A DNA stretch of 37,997 nucleotides, taken from positions 1-37,997 of the forward strand of contig CAZZBA010000005.1 of assembly GCA_964652765.1 (NCBI GenBank), written 5' to 3'. Of the stretch, positions 15,901-27,900 are shown one piece after another. Both the position numbers and the translations under genes were made by a program. Numbering within the stretch: position 1 is the stretch's first letter; each line of letters opens with the position of its first letter. The stretch comes from an uncultured Victivallales bacterium (GTDB lineage Bacteria > Verrucomicrobiota > Kiritimatiellia > UBA8416). The notes below the pieces were generated by a model. That model saw only the letters and a program-made list of their open reading frames with translations, was not told where the DNA came from and made no database searches.

Positions 15901-18900
15901 TCGTGACCACGAACTCGACCACCACGGTGGTGGTAGTGGACTCCACCCCCTTGACGAACATCAACGAGCCCTGGTGGAACAAGTTCTGGCCGTCTGACCC
16001 GAACAATGCCGATACAGATGGTGACTTCGTTGGCGATGCCACCGAGCGGGCGGCTTTCCCCGTGGGCCCGTTCCTGTACACTGCTCCGGCGGAATGGAAT
16101 CAAGACTATATCCGTGGGGCGCGGGCCGGTGGCGGCCTCAACCCCTGTAGTGTCGATACCGACATGGACTTCATTCCCGACTTCTGGGAGGTCCAGTACC
16201 GCTACGACCGGGTGCAGTTCATGAATCCGGATGGCAGTACCTATCCTGTCGGTGGCATGGACGGATCGATCTTCGACTCGCGCAGCGGCCTGACCGATCT
16301 GACCGGCGCCGAGGAGAACTATGACTACGATAGTGATGGCCTCAACAACTATCAGGAATATTATGTCAACGCCATGTGGCACTTCAACTACGACAAGTGG
16401 GTTTCCGGTCTCGGAAACGGTGCCTATCCGCCTGCCGGCTTGATGCAGGGCGCGCCGCTCCATTGGGACTGGGCGATTGCGGCCAACTACTGGGAGCAAC
16501 CGATTTACGAGGGAATGTCTCCACCCTTCCATACCCCGTTTGTTTTTATCCTGCCCGAACCCCGTCCGTTCGTCCCGGCCTATGCCTCGGCCGATCCGAG
16601 TATGTGGGACACGGATTACGACGGGATGGATGATCATTATGAGATGTACTACGCCCTGAATCCGCTCTGGAGCGAGCAGCTCGATGCGATTGCCAAGGGT
16701 GCGCCTGCCACGGTGATGGATATCCGGGTACAGCCCTGGGCGGGAGGCGCGTCGCTGTCCGATCCGGACCAGGACGGTATTCCCAACTGGGAAGAGGCAA
16801 TCTTCCCGAGCCGCCCCATGCCCGAGAACCTCAATTCAAGTCCCTCGCCCCACTGGGTGACGGATACCTCGTACGAGCAGAGCTGGGTCAATCTCTATTA
16901 CCAGCCTCTCGGTCACGCCTGGTACTGGATGGAGGGTCTTGAGGGTGATCCGGTATACCCCTATCCGGCCGTCGTTTCACTGGCGGCATTCCCGCCGACC
17001 TATGTCTATTCCTTCGCCAACGACGAGGGCTACGATACCGATAACGACAACATCCCCGACCGGATGGAGACCACGGGCGCGGACAATGTCGGCCTGACCG
17101 ACCTGACGGACTTCGATAGTCCGCGCCTGCGCAAGGCTCTGTATCTCGACGGTGACAGTGCGGCGCGTACCAAGTTCGGCGTATCGCACGAGCTGAACCA
17201 GTTGCGGAGCTGGACGGTCGAATTGTGGGTGCGTTCGGAAGAGCCCGTCTCGCCGACCGGCGAACGGCAGATCATCATCGAGCGTCCGTTGCGGGGGCAG
17301 CCGACCGATCCGATGCCCGCACCGGAACTGGTGCGCCGTACGTTCCGTGTCGGCCTGGAAGCCGACGGCCGTCCGTTTGCGGAATACAATAACATGGGCA
17401 ACGAACTGCTTTCCGAGAACGTAACCGGGACGGGCTGGACGCTGCAGACTAACGTCTGGTACCATATCGCGGCGGTCCTCGATGGCGACAACAGCCAGTT
17501 CTCGCTGTACGTCAATGGCCTGCTCGCCGCCCGCAAGGGAACCGCCCTGATCCCGGCCACCGGTGTCATTGATGGCAACCCGCCGCTGGTCCTGAGTGCC
17601 CCCATTGTGATCGGTGCTGCCGACCGCAATCCCAATGGACGGGTCCAGAATCCGGTGCCCGGATCGGTGACGCCGCCGGATCTGCATTCGCACTTCAAGG
17701 GCTGGGTGGATGAGATCCGTGTCTGGCACGGTGGGCGTACACAGGAGGAGGTAAATGCCTCCCGAATGCAGCGCTTCACGCTGGATGATGTGAAGCACTC
17801 CATGACGAACTATGCCGCCGCCCAGGCGATACTTGAAGATCTGAATCCGCCGGATATGGGATACCAGATCTACAGTAATCTCCCGCCGGTGGTGTTGTAT
17901 CACTATGCGTTTGATAATCTGCCCGATCCCAAGCATGACCCGATCGTGCCGCAGCATTTCGAGCTGCTCAACGGACGCCCCAGCGACGGGTCGTATGTCG
18001 GTGTTCCCTGGTGGTGGCAGGCTCCTGACCGCAGCCGGGTCTACAACGATTACCGGTTCATCCAGTGGGCGGAAAATACCGCCTCGCACGTGCCAGCCTT
18101 GCCGTTGGTTAACCGCTTCGGTAATGTGGTAGACTACCAGTACGGGGTCGTTCAGTCCTCGCCATTCTGGACATCGCCGCCCTGGATGACCAATACGGCA
18201 CCGAACGCGACATTCGTGTTCCCCAACAAGACCTACCCCTCGCAGAACGATTACTACAGCGGCTTGTCGGCCCTGTCAGAGGGCGGGCGCAGCACGACCG
18301 GCCTGTTGCCGCTCTGGTATGCCAAGGCCGACATGGACGTGCCGCTCTGGGATAACGAGACTCCGGGCACGGCGTCCTACGACAGCAATGGCGACGGCAT
18401 TGCCGACTGGTGGGCACTGAGCCACGGCTTCGACCCGTTCAGCACGAATTCGATCGCCGACGGGGATGCCGACAGCGACGGCATCAGCAACTACTGGGAA
18501 TACCGCATCGGTTCCGATCCCAACGCCATGTATTCGCTCGATCCGACCGGAGACCGTACGGATGCGGAATATGATGCCGATGGCGACGGGTTGTCCAATC
18601 TGGACGAAACCACGGTGTTCATGACCGATCCGTCGAATCCGGATACGGATGATGACGGCTATAACGACGGGAATGAGGTCAAGGGTTGGGAGCCGGCCAG
18701 CGCGGATGAGTACGGCATAGGCCCTCAGGTGTCTTCGCCTGTGGAATCGCTGAGTCCGGAGGTGCGCCGCAGTTTCGTGGCGGCCGGGCGTAATATCGAA
18801 GTGCCGAAGAGCGACCGCTTCGCCTTCCTCGGCATCGAGGAACTCATCCTGCCGGGACCGACCGTCGATATCACCGCCCCGGCCGATGGCGCGAACATCG

Positions 18901-21900
18901 CGGTGCGCTTTACCGATGTGACGGCCACCATCACGCCGTTCGGCCCCGCCATCGATAGCGTGCTGCTCTATATCAATGATCGCTTTGTGGCGTCATATGG
19001 CAGCGTGGCCACCTTCACGGATACGGTGATCATCTACAGCGGCGAGAACATCATTACCGTGTACGCCATCGACACCGAAGGCGGGGTCGGTAGCGATACC
19101 ATTACCGTCAACGGCACCTTCCCCCGTGCCGATATCCGCGTGACACAGCAATGGGATGTTCCCGGCGATCTGGATACCTGGCTGATCGACCCGCAGGGTC
19201 GCACGATGGGCTTCTCGCCGGGGTCGCAGTTGGTGGTCGGGCCACCGAACCAGCCCGGCGAACCCATCCCGGGTGCTCAGCTCGATATTGATGATATACC
19301 AGGAACCGGTCCTGAGAATATCACGCTTGAGGAACCGAATTCGATTGCAGGTCAATACGAAGTCTGGATGAACAACTTCAGTCACGGCGGCAATCCGCTT
19401 TCCACCGTGCGGGTGCTGGTGCTGGAAGGCCGCGGCGGCGAACAGTATGTCGAATTCGGCCCGCAGGCGATGCCGATATCGGGAATGCAGAATCCGGACG
19501 CCTGGTGGCATGTGACGACCATCACCATGCCCGAAGGGACCATGAATCCGCCGGGACGCCCGGTCCTGCCTCCGGACAATATCGAGGCCCCGGATGTCGG
19601 CATCACGGCGGACAATGGCTGGACGATCGAAGCCTGGGTGAAGCCCGGCACGACGAACCAGACCGGCGCGATTGCCTCCTACAACACGCGGATGGGACGG
19701 AAACCGTTTGTCGTGGGGTTGGATGCCAACCGCCCCTTTGTGCAGGTCCTCAGTCACGGGGGTACGGCCTATGAGGCCATGGGCAACGCGATTGCGACGG
19801 GCGTCTGGACGCATGTGGCGTTCGTGTACAGCTCCAACGACAAGACGGTGCGGGTCCACATCAACGGCCTGCTGGCCGCTGCCAGGACCATGCTCGAAAG
19901 CCGCGATGAGAACCTGGGCCTGCTCTATATGGACACCACGGTCGACCGCGGATCCGGCGCACTGGCCTTCACCGATACGCTAATCGATGAACTGCGGGTC
20001 TGGAAGGTCGCCCGCGATGGCGGCTTGATCGCCGCGGCGATGCACGAGATCCAGAGTCCTAAGGATACCCTCGTGGCCATGTACCGCTTTGATGATGGCG
20101 GTGCCGATATCGAGGATAGCCGCTACCCGATGGACACGGCTTATGACCTCGGGCAGGGGACGATTCCGGATGCGGACCGCAATGCCAAGCCCGGTGTGGA
20201 TGGCGACCGGATGACGTCGGATGACGTGCCTTTCCTGGCCGCGGGGGGCCTGGATGGTGAAAACGATTATGTGACGTCGATGGACTATGCCGCGGTAATG
20301 GGCATTCTCGACTCGGATGACGACGGCATTGCCGACTGGTACGAGGATATGTTCGGCATTCCGGCCTCTTCCAACGTCGTCGGCGGCTTGGTGGCCGGTG
20401 CCGATCTCGACGGGGATGGCCTGCTCAACCTGTTCGAGTTCCATGCCCGCACCAATCCGAATGACGACGATACCGATGCGGATGGCGTGATCGATTCGGA
20501 AGAGGATTTCGATGGGGATGGGGTATCCAACTTCGATGAGCAGGGCCTGGGCACCTCGCCTTGGCTGAAGGACACGGATGACGATGGCGTGACCGATGCC
20601 AACGAAGTGGCTTATGGCATGTCGCCGACCAATTCGCTTTCGCCGGTCAAAGAGCTTGCCCTGCAGGTCAGCGGCAGTTCCGAAAGCTATGTCAGCGTGC
20701 CGCCGCGCATTGGTCTGGCGCTGTCCAGCTGGACGGTTTCAGCCAACGTCTATCCAGAGTCCTCGACGTCCGGCGCGACGCTGGTCGCCCGCGAGGTGCA
20801 GTCTGGCCAGTACACCTACCGCCTAGGGCTGGACACCAACCGTGTCCCGTACGTGAGCTACACGGCGGGTGACGGTTCCAATGTCATGCTGCGGGCCACT
20901 GGACTGCGAGCCCTGCCATTGTATGCCTGGACCACCGTGGCGGGTAGTTTCAGCGAGATTACCGGTGATCTGCGCCTGTCGATCGATGGCGTCGAGGTCG
21001 CGCATGTCAATACCGCTGGCCGCCCGAAGACCTTCGGTCTCGGACCGGTGCGTACCACCATCGGCAGGGGGGTAGATGGCTATCTCGACGAGGTGATGAT
21101 CCAGGATGGTGCCGGAATGCACCAGCTTCACTACAACTTCAACGACGGGACCCATGCCGCCGGCACCAGTGGCGAAGTCGACTGGCGCCATGGTCAGGTT
21201 GAGGACAGGGCGGCGCTGGAGGGCCTCGAGAGCAACTGGTGGCTCGAATGGCGCGATGCCGGCACGCTGGTCAACGCCACATTCGCGATCCATCCCGATG
21301 AGGTGGTGGCCATCGTCGATACCGATGGCGACGGCATGCCGGATGCCTGGGAACTGGCAAACGGCCTCAATCCCTTCAATGTCGATACGGATGGCGATGG
21401 CATCAGCGATGCCGAGGAGGATGCCGATCTCGACGGACTGAACAACTATTACGAGTACAGGGCGGGAACCGATCCGAACAATCCGCAGACCGTGGCCGGG
21501 ACGTATGACCGTGATGCCGATAGCGACAGCGACGGGCTCACGAACGGGGACGAGCAGCGCTATGGCGCGGATCCGGGACTGGCCGACACCGATGATGACG
21601 GCATGACCGATGCCACCGAGGCCGATCAAACTGCCGGTAGATTCACCCTGCCCTTCGCCTCGCTATCCTCGACCAACGGGGCGGGTGTGCTGTCGCTTTC
21701 CGCCAATACCCAGTATGTCGCCATGCCGGACCAGCTCCGGCTACGTCTGCCGGGCTCCTGGACAGTGGAAGCCTGGGTTCGTATGGATGCCGCATTTGGT
21801 GGGACCGCGACGATTATCCGGCGTGCCAGCGGTAGCCAGGTCAACTACGAGCTTGGCTTGACGGCCGGTGTGCCGTACATCCGTTTTGTCGGGGTCTACA

Positions 21901-24900
21901 ACGGTACGCTCAACGAGCAGCGTATGACCGCGCCCGCCGCCTTGACGCGTACCGGCCACTGGTACCACCTCGCCGGTGTATACGACCGTGACGCGGGCGA
22001 GTTGCGTCTCCATGTCGATGGTGTACCGATGACCGTAGCCGCCGTGCCGGCGGAAGCGGGTGGCTGGGGCAGCGATGGCATCGCCACGACGCGTGTCGGC
22101 GAAGGTTTTGTCGGGCAGATCGACGAGGTCCGGATCTGGGATCTGGCCGCCACGGGGGCTCAACTGGGCGGCAATGCCTACCGGACGCACGAGCATAGTG
22201 ATGTGTCGCCCGTCGCCTATTACCGCTTCGACGATTTCGGCACCACGGTGGAAGACTTTGCCGCTCCCGCCAAGGACTGGCTGACCGTCTGGGCGAATGC
22301 CGGTGATCTGGTCAACGGGGCCATCATGCAACCGTCGTCCGACAGTCCGATTGCCGCCACCGTCTATACCGATGAGGATCTGGATGGCGTCCCTGACTTC
22401 TGGGAGATTGCGGTTTCGGGGTCGCTCATTGCAGACGGCGGGTCCGATGCTGACGTCGACGGGGTCTCGCTATTGAACGAGTACTACGCCCGTCTCCACC
22501 CGGCCTATGCTTCAACATTCAACGATGGCGTTGTGGATGGCGAACGCGACTTCGACGGTGACGGCCTATCCAACAGCCAGGAGAATGAATATGGAACCCG
22601 TCCTGACAAGGTCGATACTGACGATGATGGAGTGGGTGACTTCGAGGAAGTGGCGGGTACACGCGCTGACGGTACCCTGGTCGGCATCTCCAATCCGTTG
22701 CACGGGCTCGATCCGGCGATGTCGCGTGGTCTCACACTGGATGGCGCCAGCCGCATGGTGGTCCCCCCCCAGGGACGGCATGCCCTTTCCGAATGGACGC
22801 TCGCTGCCTGGATTCGTCCGGACTCAGGGAGTGATGGCGGTGCAGTGTTGGCGCGGACTTTCAGCGACCGCAGCGTCAACTACGAACTGGGTCTGACAAA
22901 CGATGTCGGGGTGCTGCGGCCCTATGTGCGCTATGACAGTCGCACGGCGGGCGTGATAACCGAGAGTCGGTTGGCCCAGGATGCGGCCGGCACGGTCATC
23001 GTGAATAATCCGCATGGTGAATTCCTTTGGGTGGCGCCGGAGACCTGGACCCATCTGGCCGCAACCTATTCGCCCAGTAACATGTTGCTCTCGCTGTACA
23101 TCGACGGCTCATTGGTGGCGACGCGGACCGATACGCTCCGCAAGCCGTTTACCGGTGCTGGCGACGGGATTGCGCTGGCTGGTGAATTATCCATCGGCGG
23201 CGGTGCGCTCGATGACACCGGCGCAACCGTGCTGAAGGGTTTTGAGGGGGCGATTGATGACGTGCGACTCTCTGGAATTGCAATGCCGGCATCTGCCATT
23301 CAGCAGATGATGGGTGGGCAAATTGTGGTCGAGGTGCCGTCGGACGGTATCACGAACGGAACGGTCCGCACCGCTCAGCAGATGGCGGCCATGCAGCCCG
23401 AGGTCGTGCCCGGGGAGTTCCTCGTCGGCGTAAGATCCCGCACTGATCTGGCACCCGTTACAGCGCAGATCAAGGCGGCTGGCATGGTGGTGGCCCGGAC
23501 GTATAAGTCGGTGGCGGTCATGCATGTGAAGGTTGCCGGCGGCGATGATATGACAGCCCGAGTTGAGCAGATCAAGAATATGGGCAAGGTGTCCTACGTC
23601 GAGCCTAACTATAAGGTTAGGCCGTACGCGGTCCCGAACGACCCTGATTTCGGACGGCTCTGGGGGCTACACAATACCGGCGATAACGGCGGATTAGACG
23701 ATGCCGATATCGACGCGGTTGAAGCGTGGGATATCAAGACGGGCGGTAACGTCATTGTGGCCGTGATCGACAGCGGCCTGGATACCGGTCATCCCGATCT
23801 GGCAGCCAATCTTTGGGTCAATACGGGTGAGACTGCCGGTAATGGTATCGATGATGACGGCAATGGTTACATCGATGACGTTAACGGGTATGATTTCGGT
23901 GAAGGCGATAACGACCCGAGTAATGACATTATTGGCCATGGCACACACTGCGCAGGCACCATTGGTGCCGTCGGCAACAACGGTGAGGGAATTGTTGGCG
24001 TCAACTGGAATGTCAAGTTGATGGCCTGCAAATTTGCCGATGCTGGTGGTGGTTTGGATCTGGCGGCTGGTATTGAGGCAATCGAGTACGCCGTTGCGCA
24101 CGGGGCGCGCGTCAGCAACAACAGTTGGGGCGGCTATGGTTTCTCCCAGGCGCTGTACGATGCCATCCGCGTAGCCGGGGAGAGTGACCACCTCTTCGTG
24201 GCGGCGGCGTCCAACGACGCGAACGACAACGACCAGAATCCGGCCTATCCGGCGTCCTACGACCTTCCCAATATCATCGCGGTGGCGGCGACCGATCGCA
24301 ACGACCAGATTGCCGACTTCAGTAATTATGGCCTGACAACGGTTGATCTTGGCGCTCCGGGTGTTGAAATCCTGAGTACTCTGCCTTTGGCTGGCTCCCA
24401 GATGGGGTCGACCTATGGCGAGGCACAAGGGACCTCCATGGCCACCCCGCATGTGACGGGAGCCGCCGCCTTGTTGCTGGCGATTGATCCCTCGTTAAGT
24501 GCCCTCGCCCTCAAGGCGGCGCTCTTGGATAACGCCGATCCGATCGCGGCGCTCGACGGTCGTTGCGTGACCGGTGCCCGCCTGAATGTCTTCAATGCCA
24601 TGCCGAAGGGCGGCGGTGGTGGTGGTGATCTGGTGGTCCGTGGCCTCTCAGGATGGTTCCGGTTTGATGATGGCGGGGTGACGGCCGAGGACTCCACACT
24701 CACGGCGAACTGGGCGAACGATTGGCGTTATGCCGGGCGTCTACAGGGTGCGTCCACGATGACCAACGCTGCCGCCGTGCTGCTGACCGGTGACAGTGAC
24801 GGCGACGGCCTTTACGACTGGTGGGAAGAGACTTGGGGTATTGATCCGTTCGATGCAAGCGAAGCACAGGGAGGCTCCGCCGATCCGGATGGCGATGGCC

Positions 24901-27900
24901 TGAGCAACCAATATGAGTATTTGGCTTCGCTGGCGCTCATGGCACGTGGCGAGCGCGGTCTCAACCCGCTACAGGCGGATTCCGACAATAATGGCGTTAG
25001 CGACGCGCTCGAGGATAGCGATGGCGATGGCATTGCCAATATTCACGAACAGGACATCTACCGCACGCACCCAGGATGGGCGGATTCGGATGACGATGAG
25101 CATTCCGACTCGGATGAGCTGACGGCCAACACCGCACCGACGGATTCAGCCAGCCCTTACGGAAGCACGGCGTTGACATTCGCTGGCGGTTCGGCAGCCG
25201 TGAATACGGTGGTGGTAAAGGACAAAGTGGGTACCGCCTTTACCGAACGTTACAGCGCGAAGGAGTGGACGGTAGAAGTGTGGATCAACGCTACCGGTTC
25301 GATTCCCTCTGGCGTCTGCCCGCTTGTCAGCCGCCGCACCCACGCCACGGGACGGCGCAACTACGAGGTGGGGCTGACGAACGGCATTCCGTATGCGGCC
25401 TTTGACGGTGTGGAGTTCGGCGACGCGGTGGTCTTCCCGCTGGGGCATGTTCCGATTGCCAGCAACACGTGGACGCATATCGCGGCCCGTTTCAAACTTG
25501 CTGAAATACCGGGAAGGAATGAGTTGTCATTGTTTGTCAACGGTGAGCTGCATGGAATGGTCCAAACCGGCTGGCAGTCTGCGACCGGCCCTGGCGACCT
25601 GGTCTTCGGGTCGGCGGCGTTTGTCGGGCAGTTGTCCAATATCCGGATTTGGCAGATTCCTCGGCCAGACGAGCAGATTACCGGCACCAAGGACTCCGAT
25701 TTGCTGGGAGGCAGTGTGGCCGAATTGGCAGGATATCTCGATCTGCCGGGTACGGGACATCTTAAGGAAACCGCCACTACCCTGCAGGGTAATGGTGATG
25801 GTATCGACATGTTGCGCGAGGACTGGACTCTCGAATGCTGGGTGCGGACCACCGCTACCGGTGGCCGTTTGATTACCCGGCGCAATATTGGCGAGCGGAC
25901 CGAAGACGACTTCAACTATTACCTCGGGTTGACCCAGGATGGCACGTTGATCGGTCGGTTCAATATGGAATACGGCGTTTGGGTTGATGGCGGCCTCGTA
26001 TTCATCTGGGTTTCAGGAGTGGACCCGGTTATCAACAATATTGTCGGTGAGATTCCCGTCAATGATGGACAGTGGCATCACGTGGCCTATGTGCGCGACG
26101 CGAACTTCTGCTACCTTTATGTTGACGGTCTGCTCGATACGAAACAAGACCGGATTATTCCGCCGGATATTCCGAATATAATTCCTTTCCCGGACAATTA
26201 CTGGCGTGTGCGTGCTGCCGGTGGACCCGCCATCTTCGGTGAAGATCTGAACGGTTCGCTGGATGAGATCCGGATATGGAATCGGGCATTGCCGACGGAT
26301 GAACTTCAATTTGTCGGTGATCGCAATCTGAGCGGAAACGAGCTCGGACTGGTGAGCTACTTCAACTTTGATTTCCAGATCGGCGAGCAGGCTAATGAGC
26401 GCTCGATATTGCGTGATCCGGAAAGCGAGTACGGTATCTATATTCCCGATGCTGTTCGCGTCAGTGGTTCATCCGACGGGCCGACGATTATCTATGATCC
26501 GACGCTTGCCGTGAAAGGTGTGGCGTTGAATGGCATGTTCCTGGGCAATGACGGTGGTATGTGGGTAGAGGACCGTACGTACCGCATCGGCGTCGCCCCC
26601 TTTACCGGCTGGCAGTATGCCGGTGTACGCGGAGCGAATGTCAGCTACGCGCAGCAGCAGCCGATGCTCTGGGACCTGAACAAGGATTCCGACGGTGATG
26701 GGATGCCTGATTGGTGGGAGTCTCTCTACGGGTTTGATCCGTATAGCGTTAGTACCACGGGAAATACCCAGTTTGGCCCCTACGGCGATCCCGATAAGGA
26801 CGGCCTCAGTAATGTCGCCGAATATCGCGCGGGTACGAATCCGCTTATCAGGGACACAATGGGTCGCGGTTTCGGCGACTACGATAGCCGCCCGTCGGCC
26901 TTCGAGCCGACATTCGGGCAGGTATTCGACGATGGTGACCGGATCGCGGACAGTTGGGAGTTCCTGTTTATGAACAAGACCCCGGGAACGCTGAATCGCA
27001 GTCTGGATCCGGCATACTACGACGCCCACCTCGATCCGGATGAGGACCGCTGGAGCAACTATGCCGAGTTCATAGCCAATACGGACCCGACGGCTGTCCA
27101 TAGTTATCCAACGCCCCCGGTACAGTTTAACGCGCGATATAATGGCCGTTATGGGGATGCTTTGGAAGATCTTCTTCCCCAGCGTGAATATACCGAGAAT
27201 ATTGAAGCGGCGACTGCTGTTTTCACCTATACCCTGCAATCCGAGCAAATTATTCCAAAATCGTTCACGCTACGGTTTAATATCGGACCTACGCGTTATG
27301 TTGTTTATGACACCATCGACGGAAATCTGGTTGGCGGTGGTATCATAGATGGAACGATTAATCATGAAATCGGGACACTGGCAGTCAACTTCAACGGGGA
27401 TGCGACGGATCTGGAAATGACCTATTTAGCCCCTTCGGAGCAAAATATTCGCATATCAATCTATGATAAACCGTCCATGGATGGCTTCCCGGTTGCAACT
27501 CATTTGACCGGTACGGCGTTTACGGAAGTGAGGCAGTTCGAAACCGGACGCGTGGTGGAAGGAATGAATTACGTGTTCGCCTTTGTCGATATCAATGGCG
27601 ACGAGGAGTGGGACCCGGCGGAGGAACCGGCTGGTATCGCGGAGTTCAATATGGGCTGGGGCGACTGGAACGAGGTCGAAATCCCGCTGACCGATGACCG
27701 CCAGATGCGTGGCTTCCCGCGCCTGGTCTGGGATCCGGTACCTGCTGAAGAGCAGGCGGTGACGCTCGGGTACATGGTCATTGCCAAGCAGGGACGCGAT
27801 ACGCTCTTTACGCGCTATGTCGAGAATCCGCTGCGAACGTACCTCCATGAGGGTGATTATCTCTATGCTGGTATGGATGGTGTTGGCGGTGATGGCTCGC

